This document shows positions 1 to 10,208 of a stretch of 64,000 nt of DNA, one piece after another; the first letter of the stretch is position 1, and each line of letters starts with the position of its first letter. The position numbers were made by a program, and so were the translations under genes. The notes below the pieces were generated by a model. It did not search any database and was not told the DNA's origin. It saw only the letters and a list, made by a program, of their open reading frames with translations. This DNA is from an uncultured delta proteobacterium (lineage in GTDB: Bacteria; Myxococcota_A; Polyangia; Polyangiales; Polyangiaceae): assembly GCA_963696385.1 (NCBI GenBank), contig CAVOKF010000006.1:192001-256000 (forward strand). The letters are read 5' to 3'.

Positions 1-29
1 GGATCGTCCTTGAGCCCCGGATGGGCCGG

Positions 30-1334
30 TCATCCGCGGGTCGGTGTGTGGCTGCCCGATCGGCCTTTGGGGGTCGGATCGTCATCCGGGTCCGGTGTCT
101 CCTGCGCCGGGCGATCGATCTCGGGAACGTTTCGTAAGTTGACGCGAACGCGCGTCCAGGTCGAGGATCGACCCCCCATCGCATCGACCAGGACATCGTC
201 CACGGCAAGGTGAGCGGCGGCCGCCGGATGGCGTGCCTTCCACCGCTCGAGGCCTGCCACGGCCGCCTCTCGGCTCGGTGAATGTGCGACCACGAGCAGG
301 GGCGCCTTGGTGCGGCCCGTGCGCGTGCTCTTGGCTCGTGAAGGCGCCACCCGAGGCGACTCCCCTTCGGCCTTTCGAAAATGAGGCGGCCAAGGTGCAT
401 CGCCCAGCCCGGTCGCTTCATCCCGGGCCGCGAGGTCCAGCAGTGTTTCGAGCGATCCCGGAAAGCGATCGATGTCCGCATGCGGATCCCCGCGCGCGGC
501 GAAGCGCGCCGGCACGGTCTGCACGGTGAAGTCGGCAGGGTCGCAGCGGACGACTTCGTCCCAGTCGAGAGGGGTCGAAACGCGCGCGTCCGGCGATGGA
601 CGCACCGAGTAGGCCGAGCACGTGGTCCTGTCTTTGGCGTTTTGATTGTAATCGAGGAATACGCCGCGCCGTTCTTCCTTCCACCATTTCGACGTCGCGA
701 TCCCCGGCAGCCGCCGTTCGATCTCGCGCGACAGCGCGAGGGCGGCACGACGCACCTCCGTAAAGGTCCAGCGGGGTTCGATTCGGACGTTGACGTGCAT
801 CCCGCGCGATCCGCTGGTTTTTGGCCATCCCACGAGGCCGAGCTCTCCGATCAACGCGTGAACCGCGAGGGCGACCTTCCGGACATCCGACCAAGGGACA
901 CCCGGGCCGGGGTCGAGGTCGACGCGAAGCTCGTCGGGATGTTCGAGATCCGAGGATTGTACCGAGTGCGGATGCAGCTCGAGGCACCCCAGGTTGACCA
1001 CCCATGCGAGCCCCGAGGCGTCGTCGACGACGATCTCGTCCGCCGTTCGCCCCGATGGGAAGGTCAGCGTGACCGTTCGGATCCACGGCGGTCGTTTTTC
1101 GGGCGCTCGCTTTTGGTAGAACGCCGGTCCGTCGGCGCCGTCGACGAACCGCTTGAGGACGAGGGGGCGATCGCGAATCCCCGAAAGCGCCCCGCCGGCG
1201 ATCGACAAGTAGTACTGAACGACGTCGAGCTTCGAGAGCTTCGCCTCTTTCGAGAAATACGGCTTGTGGGGGTGGGTGATGGTGACGTCCCGCCCGGCGA
1301 TCGCGAGGACCACGGCTGGCTCTTGGTTGGCCAT
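30..1334 (-). CDS. LigD-type primase/polymerase (NHEJ polymerase domain) protein
   Basis: 434 aa ORF with LKRFVDG..FYQKR, NLGCLELHP, DLDPGPG, KTSGSRGMH and DYNQNAKDRT..SAYSVR motifs of the LigD Pol domain. Confidence 0.9.
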   Translation of the reverse strand: MANQEPAVVLAIAGRDVTITHPHKPYFSKEAKLSKLDVVQYYLSIAGGALSGIRDRPLVLKRFVDGADGPAFYQKRAPEKRPPWIRTVTLTFPSGRTADEIVVDDASGLAWVVNLGCLELHPHSVQSSDLEHPDELRVDLDPGPGVPWSDVRKVALAVHALIGELGLVGWPKTSGSRGMHVNVRIEPRWTFTEVRRAALALSREIERRLPGIATSKWWKEERRGVFLDYNQNAKDRTTCSAYSVRPSPDARVSTPLDWDEVVRCDPADFTVQTVPARFAARGDPHADIDRFPGSLETLLDLAARDEATGLGDAPWPPHFRKAEGESPRVAPSRAKSTRTGRTKAPLLVVAHSPSREAAVAGLERWKARHPAAAAHLAVDDVLVDAMGGRSSTWTRVRVNLRNVPEIDRPAQETPDPDDDPTPKGRSGSHTPTRG

Positions 1335-1607
1335 CGAGGCGAGGCTACATCAGGCGTGGCGGCCACCGCGCGGCGAGTGTGCCACGCGACGGCGTCGCTC
1401 GGGTAGGCGCTTTGCCTTCGCTGCCCACACGGGCACTTGCGTACCTGCACCCCCCGATGGTCGAGGGCAGTGCCGCGTGCCCCCCGCGCCCGATCGGGTG
1501 AGCCGATTTGTCGATTGAACACCACTGCATCAAGGGGGGGTAGGGTGTCCCCTTAGTGCAGCGCCCCGTTAGACGGTACCCCGCTGGGCTGAGCTGCGCG
1601 TGCCGAG

Positions 1608-2021
1608 ATGGCTGAGCGCGTCTCGGTGCAGAGCCGCGGATGGGACACGCTGCGGACGTTCGCTCGACATCAGATGGGCGCCGTGGTCGCGACGGGCGTC
1701 GACTTCGGCGTGATGATCGCGTGTGTCGAATGGCTCGGCGTCTCCGCCGTGGCTGGTACGGCCGCCGGTGCGACGCTCGGGGCGGTGACCAACTTCACCC
1801 TCGGCCGTGTGTGGATCTTTCGACATCACTCGGGACGTGCCGCTCACCAAGCCGTGCGGTACGCGCTCGTCTCGGCCGCCAGCGCCGCGTGGAACTCGCT
1901 GGGCGAACACGTCGTGCACGATCTCGTCCACGTGCAATACGTGGTCGCGCGCGCGCTCGTAGCCTTCGTGGTCGGCTTGATCTGGAACTTTCCCATGCAC
2001 CGCTACTTCGTCTTTCGCTGA
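1608..2021 (+). CDS. GtrA-family membrane protein
   Basis: 137 aa, four hydrophobic segments; ATGVDFG, TNFTLGRVWIF and WNFPMHRYFVF pattern. Confidence 0.85.
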   Translation: MAERVSVQSRGWDTLRTFARHQMGAVVATGVDFGVMIACVEWLGVSAVAGTAAGATLGAVTNFTLGRVWIFRHHSGRAAHQAVRYALVSAASAAWNSLGEHVVHDLVHVQYVVARALVAFVVGLIWNFPMHRYFVFR

Positions 2022-2031
2022 TTCGAGGTTT

Positions 2032-2060
2032 CGGGTCGGGGTCGGGGTCGGGGTCGGGGT
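2032..2060 (+). repeat. (TCGGGG)n hexamer microsatellite
   Basis: About 4-5 tandem TCGGG(G) units directly downstream of the gtrA stop codon. Confidence 0.85.
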
Positions 2061-2117
2061 AACCGGAAAGCAACCATCACGCCGCGAGGCGCATCCGAAC
2101 GATCGAGGGCCTGCACC

Positions 2118-2327
2118 ATGAGCTTATCGATGGTCCCGCTTCTCATGCACAGCGAACACGTCCCGGCCGGAGCGCGCGACGCCATCCGGGCCGCGCACGA
2201 AGCGTCTCCGGAGGACCGCGGCGCAAAGCTCGAGGCCGCAGCGCGGATCCTCCATCAGGAAACCGGTCTCGAGTGCCGCGACGTTCGCGAGCTCGTGGGC
2301 CTGTCCGGCATGCACGATTGCGAGTGA
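2118..2327 (+). CDS. hypothetical protein (69 aa)
   Basis: ATG-started short ORF with protein-like composition. Confidence 0.55.
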   Translation: MSLSMVPLLMHSEHVPAGARDAIRAAHEASPEDRGAKLEAAARILHQETGLECRDVRELVGLSGMHDCE

Positions 2328-2375
2328 GCCTCTTTGAGGATCTGCCGCGCGCACAGCGGACTTCGGCGTGCATCT

Positions 2376-2429
2376 CTGCACGAGAACCTACGTGCAGTAA
2401 CCCTGCACGAGAACCTACCTGCAGTAACT
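2376..2429. repeat. 27-bp tandem duplication overlapping the 3' end of the RibD-like gene
   Basis: CTGCACGAGAACCTAC(G/C)TGCAGTAAC at 2376 and 2403. Confidence 0.85.
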
Positions 2430-3048
2430 CAGGAACAGTTCGTCGCCGACTCGATCGACGCTCGTCAAGCGGGCGTCCTGCATGGAAAGAGCAAGGCCGG
2501 CTCCCTCGACCATCGTGGGCGCCCCGGCACCGCCGAGCACCCGCGGTACGAGCGTCACGCGGATTTCGTCGACCGCTCCGGCTGCGAAGAACGCCGCGTT
2601 GATCACGCCTCCCCCTTCGCACAGGACGACCTTGCAGCTGCGTTCGTGCGCAAGCCACGCGAGCAGGGCCGAGACGTCGACCTCCGCTTCGCCCAGCTCG
2701 ACGAGCGTTGCGCGCGCGCCGAGCTCCGCGCGCTTTGCGTCCGGCATCGTCGAGGCGTGTGCGACGACGACTTCGCCGTCGAGCGCCGGATCGAAGAGGC
2801 GGGCCTCCACGGTCAGAGATTGGCCAGCCCGCGTCACGACGACACGCAACGGGCTCGGCATCAGAATCCGGATCGTCGGTGCGAACGTTGGTGGCGCCGA
2901 CGATCACGGCGTCGCACCTGGACCTGAGAGCCTTCATCCGCTTGGCGTCTTCGGCGCCGCGAGACATCACAAAGGGGCCGCGTCGGTGCAGCGGCGCGAT
3001 TTTCCCGTCGAGGCTTGTGGCCACGTTGCAAACGACGCGAGGTCGCAC
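2415..3048 (-). pseudogene. RibD C-terminal/dihydrofolate reductase-family protein, frameshifted near 2865
   Basis: N-part ATSLDGKIA..RSRCDAVIVGATNVRTDDP in one frame; C-part LCEGGG..AGAVDEIRVTLVPRVLGG in another. Confidence 0.8.
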
Positions 3049-3594
3049 GGCGGTCGACCCTAGCGTGGTTGGGATGCGCCGCGCAGCGCGCGAGACCGCC
3101 TACCGACGCACCGGATTCTCTCGCCCCGCTCTTTGTACGGTACCCTAGAACATCCGGCACCACGCCTCGCCGACCTCGTGTTCGGTGCGCAGGCGATGGT
3201 CGAGCGACTTGTCCGCGAGGTGATAACGCGCGGACTATCCAGCCAGGCAGGTGAATATGACCCTTGCATAATGACGGAGCGCCGCGCCATGCGCGAAGAG
3301 TTCGAAGAACTGTGCCGCAGAGCCCGCTAGCCTAGCCCGGAGCGGCAGAACGTGGGCGCGACGACCTGGCGCTCAGCTCCGCGCCCCTACCGTCCTCACC
3401 GACCGCCGGGGGACTGGATGCTGGGGGGTCCTATGGCTCGGGCGAACTGCGGCGCGCTTCTGGTGGATTCCGTCAGCACTGTTGCGCGCCAAGCCGTTTC
3501 TCAAAGTCATCCCGGCAGAAATAAATGACGTAAATGACAGAATTCGAGTCTCGCGATCCTTTCGGGGGGAACTCCCCCTAATCGCCCTACGGCG

Positions 3595-3800
3595 CCCAGC
3601 AGGGTGGCGATGGCGAGGACGGCCAGCGCGTACGCGACGACGATGAGCGCGGACGTGCCCCGGTCGACAGCTGACGGCCGCATCTTCTTCGCGGTGTCGC
3701 CCCGCCGCAGCAGCTCCATCAACGCGAAGCTGCCCATGAGGAGACCGCCGGCAAGCTGCGGGACCACGGTAACGAGAGGGTACCAGAGCTCGGCCATGAC
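3595..3800 (-). pseudogene. truncated membrane protein fragment (isoprenylcysteine carboxylmethyltransferase-like N-terminus)
   Basis: Two TM helices around ..SAVDRGTS.. motif, then an abrupt loss of similarity. Confidence 0.35.
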
Positions 3801-4021
3801 GCCCGCATCGACGTCGCCGTACTGGTCACCAACGCCGGGTTCGGCGTCCACGCGCCAGGCTCTACGGAGTGCGCAGGACGCTTTGCCCGGCAGGTCTTCC
3901 TTGGGGGGCGGCTCGTCCAACGACTGCTCGAGACCGCCCTGTTCTCGGTGGTCGGCGCATCGTGCGCATGGGGAGAACTCGCTTGCCGACCACTGTGAGC
4001 GCCCCGGAGGGGAGGAGCCCC

Positions 4022-4246
4022 TCAGCGCTTCGCCACGAAGTCTCGAACATCCATCCCGATGTCTCGGACAATGGCGCGGAGAAGCGCGGGGGAAATGTCG
4101 CGCCCCGGGTCAAAGGGTACCATCGTAGCTCGACCATCGGAGTGGCGATACTGGCGATGCGACCCACGTTGGCGAACCTCCGCGAATCCGAGGCGCTCGA
4201 GAATCGTTGCAACCTCTCGCGGTTTCAGGATCGGGACGTCGCTCAC
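4022..4246 (-). CDS. hicA: HicA-family toxin (mRNA interferase)
   Basis: 74 aa; LERLGFAEVRQRGSHRQYRHSDGR motif. Confidence 0.9.
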   Translation of the reverse strand: MSDVPILKPREVATILERLGFAEVRQRGSHRQYRHSDGRATMVPFDPGRDISPALLRAIVRDIGMDVRDFVAKR

Positions 4247-4248
4247 GC

Positions 4249-4458
4249 CTACGCAACCTTGACGGTCTGCGTTCCGACGAACTCTCCTTCGAGTTTTGGT
4301 TCACCATCTTCAAGGAGCATGGCGACGACCTCTTCCAAGTTCTGGCGCAACTCGTCGACCGTAGCTCCTTGAGAATGCGCGCCGGGCCAGCCGGGAACAT
4401 AGCCCACGAAGAGGCCCGTGGTGGCGTCACGCTCGATGACAGCGGTGAAGCTCCGCAT
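4249..4458 (-). CDS. hicB: HicB-family antitoxin (short form)
   Basis: 69 aa; VGYVPGWPGAHSQGATVDELRQNLEE motif; 2 bp upstream of hicA. Confidence 0.9.
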   Translation of the reverse strand: MRSFTAVIERDATTGLFVGYVPGWPGAHSQGATVDELRQNLEEVVAMLLEDGEPKLEGEFVGTQTVKVA

Positions 4459-4842
4459 GCCGTTACGTAACGCGTCACGGTGCAGTCAACAAGATGTCGT
4501 GCGACTCGGCCGTGCGCCGCGCATCACTGCCCGGAACGTGAAGGCCGCGTAAACCACCTTGGCCGGGTGAAATGATCGCGGGAGAAACGGGCATCGGCGG
4601 CGGGACGCCAAGGCTCGCCCCATTCATTCGGGAACGCCGCGTCCGTCGGCTTTGGGGCGTGACCGGCTCGGTCCCGGCCACGTCTAGAAGCTCCGCCGTG
4701 TCGCGTGCGCGGTGTACGGATGCCCCTCGCGGGGGTCCGGCTGGGTCCGCCGCGCGCAGGTCGGCACCAGCATCGCGGCAATGTCGTGAGGCCCGGAATC
4801 GACACCGAGACGCGCGATCGACTGATGGGCCACTCCGCCGGC

Positions 4843-4869
4843 GCTGAAGTTCCCCGCTGAACTTCAGCC
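4843..4869. terminator. hairpin downstream of the tRNA 3' fragment
   Basis: GCTGAAGTT(C)...(G)AACTTCAGC inverted repeat; no clear U-tract. Confidence 0.5.
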
Positions 4870-4880
4870 TAAGGATTCCG

Positions 4881-4925
4881 GGCACGCCCGGCAGGGACTC
4901 GAACCTGCGACCCGCGGCTTAGAAG
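4881..4925 (-). tRNA. 3' half of tRNA-Arg(UCU), non-functional fragment; probable att site
   Basis: Minus strand CTTCTAA GCCGC GGGTC GCAGG TTCGAGT C-CCTGC CGGGCGTG gives anticodon loop, T arm and acceptor 3' strand; no D arm or 5' half upstream. Confidence 0.8.
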
Positions 4926-4945
4926 TCCGTACCAGAGGGCCGTTC

Positions 4946-5014
4946 GTGCAGCGTGGTGCAGCAAAATGCAATCTGGCGCCGATTTCCGGGCAACTCGACT
5001 GCACCACGCTGCAC
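4946..5014. repeat. perfect 16-bp inverted repeat
   Basis: GTGCAGCGTGGTGCAG (4946-4961) and CTGCACCACGCTGCAC (4999-5014). Confidence 0.9.
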
Positions 5015-5037
5015 CAGCGGCCCTGAAAGCCGCGAGC

Positions 5038-5092
5038 CACGACAGATTCGGGAGGCCTCCACGACAGATTGGAACGGGCAGCACGACAGATT
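5038..5092 (+). repeat. three 11-bp direct repeats with 22-bp period (candidate integrase arm-type sites)
   Basis: CACGACAGATT at 5038, 5060 and 5082. Confidence 0.85.
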
Positions 5093-5486
5093 CATTCGTG
5101 CGATTCCCGAGTCATGGTGAACGCACTGCCGCGTCGTGGCATTCACTTCTCGGCGTGCCCTTCCGTTGGGGGTCTTCGAGCGAGTCTGTGCGACGGCAAG
5201 TGCCGTGCGGGCTCTTGGGCCGGCATGGACAGACTGTGCCAGCCAGCACACGAGAAACCTCGCCGGGACGGGCTCGTGGATCCGCGGCACGACGATCGGC
5301 ATAACTTCCCGCCCTTCATCATCGGGTCGTCGTCTTTCGAGATCGAAGACGGCTGAGGACCCGGGTCCGATGATCGCGCCAGCTTCTTTGGGGCGCGCTT
5401 CTGGTGTGTCGCTCGCACGTGGTGCCTCGCGGGCGCGGATTCCCAGTCTCGACCAGAGTGGCGAAGACGACGCTCCCGGGCCGCGC

Positions 5487-6440
5487 TCAGTCACGCCGGC
5501 GCGGTCCGCCGCGCTCCCGCCACCAGGCTGTCACAATCTTTGCGCTCTCGTACACCGGGCCGTGCGGGGGCCCGGCTTGCCAGTGAAGTCGCTCGCCGTC
5601 GCCCCAGAGGACGCGCGCTCTCGGGTACCACTCACGTTCACAGCGAACGCTCGAATCGGCCCATGGGTTCAGCAACGCCGTGCAAACGTAGCGGAAGCGA
5701 GCGGCACCGCGAACATGATCCAGGAACACGACGGCTCCGATGTGGCGCCAAGCCGGGAGCGAGAAACATCCGAGTTCGTCGCGGGGGTACACAATCATGC
5801 CGTCTATCTGGTGACTCATGCCGACCAAAGCGAGAAGGGAAAGGTCCGGGTCTACAGCGAGGCTGAAGTTTCGTTGAGCGCTGACCACGATCATCGACGG
5901 TTGCCTTGCGCCTTCGAGTTGTTTCCGCCCCTTGTCGAGTGCCTTGCGCACGCGTTCGTTGTTGTGCTGGTCAGGCTGGTCAGGCGCCTTCACCTGCAAC
6001 ACCGCGCGCAGTCCCGACGGCGTGACCAATTCGACGTCGACATCGCCCAAAGCAGTCTTTGGCTCCCAGGCGCCGAATTGCCACCCAGTGCCGACGAAGT
6101 AGTGCGTCGCCATGGCCGGAGCCAGCTCCGAAGTCATAGCTTGGTGGGCTTTCTCGTTCGCGTGGCGCTGGCCCCTCGGCTGCTTGTGAACGCGTCCACC
6201 GCTCGCACGCGCCCGTGCAACGAGCGGCTCTGCGAAACCGTGCTTCTCGGCCGTGTGCAGCCAGTGCCCGACCTCCGCTTTCCAGTCGGACTGCGAATCG
6301 CGCCCGAGACGCCACGGTATCAGCCCCTCCGGCCACGTCGACGGGGCGCCTAAACGGCGATCCACAAGCACGCACGCTTCCTCGTCGCTGATCTCGTGCA
6401 GATCGCCGACCTCGATCGACGGGCTGGGCGTGCCGATCAT
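5487..6440 (-). CDS. hypothetical protein, possible PD-(D/E)XK nuclease fold
   Basis: Long ORF; SE..(helix)..GDVDVEL..LQVKA resembles a D..(E/Q)xK motif; start uncertain. Confidence 0.55.
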   Translation of the reverse strand: MIGTPSPSIEVGDLHEISDEEACVLVDRRLGAPSTWPEGLIPWRLGRDSQSDWKAEVGHWLHTAEKHGFAEPLVARARASGGRVHKQPRGQRHANEKAHQAMTSELAPAMATHYFVGTGWQFGAWEPKTALGDVDVELVTPSGLRAVLQVKAPDQPDQHNNERVRKALDKGRKQLEGARQPSMIVVSAQRNFSLAVDPDLSLLALVGMSHQIDGMIVYPRDELGCFSLPAWRHIGAVVFLDHVRGAARFRYVCTALLNPWADSSVRCEREWYPRARVLWGDGERLHWQAGPPHGPVYESAKIVTAWWRERGGPRRRD

Positions 6441-7047
6441 CCTTGAACCGCAAGTATAACCCGAGGTTCGCGCCGGCCCCGCCCCTGTCATCGGCAAATC
6501 GCTCCGGCGGACGCGGAAGGCTCGCCTTGTGCCCCGCCGGCCAAAATCATCGAAAACCATTCGTGACCACGTCAGCATCGCGCTCCCGCGCGGCGATGCG
6601 TTCGGAGCGGCATCGCTCCTTCGCACCTTGTAGCGGATTCTCAGATCACGGAGGCAGCAAACCACCTAAAGGTCCGTCGCGCCGCAGAAGCGAGCCCACC
6701 TGCTTGAACGGGATGTCGATGACAGCGTCAACGCGATCACATGAGGTAGGTCGTTCGCGAAGAACATTAATCCAGTGTTCGTGATGGCAAAATACTTCCA
6801 CGCGCCCGTATGTCGAACGATTGATTAAGGGGCGCCCATTTCTGGCAGCATTGACGGAGATCCATCGGGCGCAAGGCCGAGCATGTGCGCCAGCGAGGGT
6901 GTGGGTATTGTGGCGGGCCGTCGCAATCTTTTACGCAAGCTATCGACACAAGGTGTCGATTTTCTGAATCTTGATGATTACTCCGCCGACGCGGTCGTTG
7001 CCTTGAGCCTTGACTCGTCTCCGGCGAGAGAGAGACGATATTGTTTC

Positions 7048-7851
7048 ATGCACCGCAACGGTTGGACCCTTCGTCCGCGTCTTGGGACTCCAATTCGCGT
7101 GAAACGTTGGACCGATCTAGCCCCTGGCGAGACTTTCCAGGAGTCTCACTCCGCACTCGCCGCGGTAGAGCTCATGAACGCGCTCTCGCACGACGAACTC
7201 ACTGCCCGAGAGATCTACCTCGATTTCTGTCGACAGAGCCTGCATCGGAGCTTTGATCACGGCAGCCGGCTCGACAACCACGAGTTGGACATGCTGCGCG
7301 GCGCCTTCAGACACGGCCAGTATGTTATTGTCCCTCTACGTCCTGCGCCGCGTATGGCTTGGGGTGCGAAAGTGAGTGCAAAGTTCCGGAAGAAAGTGAT
7401 CGAGATCTGCGGCCGGCTCGGAACAAAGCCCGACTATCTGATGGCCTGCATGGCTTTCGAAAGCGGTGAGACGTTCAGCGCGTCGGTTCGGAATCCTCTT
7501 AGCGGGGCCGTCGGTCTCATCCAGTTCACCCGCGATGTCGCAACGGGTCTTGGTACGTCGATCGATGCTCTTGCGGCCATGACGGCGGAGGATCAGCTCG
7601 ATTACGTGGAGAGGTACTTCCTATCGAAGGGCTGCGTGGGCAAAGTTGCCACGCTTGAAGACCTCTATATGGCCATCCTTTGGCCAAAGGCGATTGGCAG
7701 CGAGACTACGTCTGTTCTCTTCAGCGACCCGTCGAAGTACTACGTCCAGAATCGTGGCCTCGATGCCAACAAGGATCACGCAGTGACGAAATTCGAAGCT
7801 GCATCGCAAGTGCGCGCCAAGTTGGTCAAGGGCGCCCAGTATTCAGGCTAA
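7048..7851 (+). CDS. lysozyme-like/lytic transglycosylase domain protein
   Basis: AWGAKVS..LMACMAFESGETFS..GAVGLIQF..QLDYVERYF..YMAILWP..YVQNRGLD; start at ATG 7048 assumed. Confidence 0.85.
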   Translation: MHRNGWTLRPRLGTPIRVKRWTDLAPGETFQESHSALAAVELMNALSHDELTAREIYLDFCRQSLHRSFDHGSRLDNHELDMLRGAFRHGQYVIVPLRPAPRMAWGAKVSAKFRKKVIEICGRLGTKPDYLMACMAFESGETFSASVRNPLSGAVGLIQFTRDVATGLGTSIDALAAMTAEDQLDYVERYFLSKGCVGKVATLEDLYMAILWPKAIGSETTSVLFSDPSKYYVQNRGLDANKDHAVTKFEAASQVRAKLVKGAQYSG

Positions 7852-8942
7852 TGGCTCGACCGTGGATATGGCGGCTTGCGATGGTGAGCATCATTGTGGC
7901 TGTGGTTGGTTGCCATGGGAAAGTGTCCCGATCCACGGCACTCGAGTCGACCCATGATGAAGGCGACCGTCCGGTCTCCGACGCACGCACACCAGATTCG
8001 GCCGTCGCTCCGGTGCGGCCGGCTATCGCGCCGAGCCATGCTGGGTCCCTCTCGCCATTGAGCGAAGGCGGGGAGGATCTGGCGTTCGCAGAAAGGCACG
8101 CCGGGGTATTGAGCGTGGCGTTCGTCCCGCCGGACGGGAAGTTTGCAATTTCGAGCGGAATCGACGACACGACGTTCTTGTGGGACACGAGGACGGGGCG
8201 GGCCATCCACCGCTATGCGGGCAAAGCATTTCGCTTCAACTGCGTTCGAATGACGGCGGACGGCGTCCATGCCTTAACCGACGGCGATCTGGGCGCAAAC
8301 TATTGGGAAGTGCAAACAGGCAAAGTGCTCAGACGATTTTCTGGTCCTCGCTTCGGCTTCTCGACCGTGGCATTGTCGCCGGACGAGCGCATCGTAGCGA
8401 CGAGCGGAAGCGACGGACTGACTTTTTGGGGGTTCGACTCAGAACGAGCGGTTCGACGGATCGACGGCGCGAGCGCGCTCTCGATCGGCTACTCATTGGA
8501 TTCAACGAGAGCGTTCTGGGTTGGCGTCGACGATCGCCTTTGCCAGGCCGAGGTGCATGGGCACGGGAGTCCAACGTGCTTCGATATCGATGCTGGCCGG
8601 CTCGACGTTGCGGACGTCGAGGTCGATGAGTCGCTCACGGGTGAGCGTGACGGAGACCTCACGCTCTGGGCAAATGGCACGGGGCGCCGTCTCAGGAGCT
8701 GGTCGGCCAACGAGCGGGCCATAGACGCGGTCTCCTTTCTTCCAAGCAGAGCCCTTGCGGCGTCGGCGGGCGAAGACCGCACGATTCGCGTGTGGAGAAC
8801 CGATGCGGGCAAACTGGTATCTGAGCGGCAGACCGTCGGATTCGCGACTGCCGTCGCTTTGTCCGGAGACGGCGGACGGGTGATCTACGGGACGGACGCG
8901 GGCGACGTCCACGTATGGACCATCGGGGGAGCGGAGCGCTAA
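7851..8942 (+). CDS. WD40-repeat lipoprotein
   Basis: Lipobox-like VVGC; repeats such as HAGVLSVAFVPPDGKFAISSGIDDTTFLWD and SAGEDRTIRVW; ATG overlaps the upstream TAA. Confidence 0.85.
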   Translation: MARPWIWRLAMVSIIVAVVGCHGKVSRSTALESTHDEGDRPVSDARTPDSAVAPVRPAIAPSHAGSLSPLSEGGEDLAFAERHAGVLSVAFVPPDGKFAISSGIDDTTFLWDTRTGRAIHRYAGKAFRFNCVRMTADGVHALTDGDLGANYWEVQTGKVLRRFSGPRFGFSTVALSPDERIVATSGSDGLTFWGFDSERAVRRIDGASALSIGYSLDSTRAFWVGVDDRLCQAEVHGHGSPTCFDIDAGRLDVADVEVDESLTGERDGDLTLWANGTGRRLRSWSANERAIDAVSFLPSRALAASAGEDRTIRVWRTDAGKLVSERQTVGFATAVALSGDGGRVIYGTDAGDVHVWTIGGAER

Positions 8943-9811
8943 ACCGACGACGCGGTGACCCGGGTAGACGCCGGCGGCCAAGCACCAGAAAGCATGGCAC
9001 AGCAGCGAAGAGCTCAACGATGCGTCACCCGTTCGGACCGCGCAGGTTATTGCACGGTTCACGCACGATCCCGGCGTTCGACGGCACCGCCTGCACCAAG
9101 GGCGCTTTCCCACCTGGCGCAGTTCGTCGAGGTGGCCGCGAGCGATACCCTCTGGGCAACCGAGCGGGACGGCGACATCGTGCTCACGACGAGCGGGGAC
9201 GGGACGTTCCAGAGGGAGTAGGCAACGAGCGCTCCGGGAGAAGCACGTAGGTGGATACCGAGATCCGGTACGGGGCATTTGGGGCCGTTCGCGTCGTCGA
9301 TTACGAGCTGCGCACAACAAGTGGCACGGGTGGTCGCGGCCGAGCGGCCAACATCCGGACTACGGCCAGCAAATGCCTATACCACCCACCGCTCGCGGGT
9401 CGTGACTTGGGTACGGCCAGCAACCTAACGCGAGGCGCCCACTCGCGGAGCAAGGCTGCTCGGCATGGCGAGTTCGACACGGCTTCAAGCATGAACGACC
9501 CAGTGTAGCTTGTCTGGCAGTCCGTTCGCGGTGCCCATCGACCGCGAAACGAGAGCTAAGCTGCCGTACTGGACCGCCCAGAAGCTCGTCGATGGACCAT
9601 TTGAGGATCAACGTCGGGCCGAGGCGATCAGCACGGCAGCGCTCGCGACAAGATTGGCTCGCCAACTATGGACGACCGGCGGCGCCCCGGCGCGCCCGAG
9701 ATCGCGGTCGAAGAGAACGACCTCGACGCCTCGGCGCCGAAGCTGTCGCAACACGCAGAAGTGCAAGGTTCAACGAGGAGACCGGCAAAACGGCCAGGAT
9801 TGGCACGAGGG

Positions 9812-10111
9812 TCACACCTGGACGCGAGACAGCATGATCGCCTTCTCGGGGCACGCCTCAACGCACTTGCCGCACGCTTGGCAAGCCGACACCCGAGGCG
9901 TGTAGGCTGTTTTCCGCCCGTGCGCGATGCTCTTGAGCTTGCCGAACACGCCGAGCTGCGCGAAGTCGGCGTCGCCCATGCGGCCGACCTCGAACACGTG
10001 GAATGGGCAGACCTCGACGCACTCGGACTTCCCCTCGCACTTTGCCCGATCGACGACCGGCGCGAACTCTCCTGGCCGGGCACGACAGTCCGCTGCGGGC
10101 GAGGGTCGCAT
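9812..10111 (-). CDS. 2x[4Fe-4S] ferredoxin
   Basis: CEGKSECVEVCP and CQACGKCVEACP motifs. Confidence 0.85.
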   Translation of the reverse strand: MRPSPAADCRARPGEFAPVVDRAKCEGKSECVEVCPFHVFEVGRMGDADFAQLGVFGKLKSIAHGRKTAYTPRVSACQACGKCVEACPEKAIMLSRVQV

Positions 10112-10208
10112 CGCGATGGCTTCGATGATCGCACGAACGGAGGCGTTCCGTCGGGGCTGGTCCGGGCGCCGGTGGGGCTCTCGATCGCGGCGCCATTTTC
10201 AGGCTTGG

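Noticed and set aside
2032..2060. G-quadruplex or telomere-like element
   Set aside because: Short simple repeat with no supporting context, so function cannot be argued from sequence
4881..4925. Functional tRNA-Arg gene
   Set aside because: 5' acceptor strand, D arm and a matching 5' anticodon stem are missing
5038..5092. Phased repeats as a mini-CRISPR array
   Set aside because: 11-bp repeats with 11-bp spacers are far too short, and no cas genes were seen
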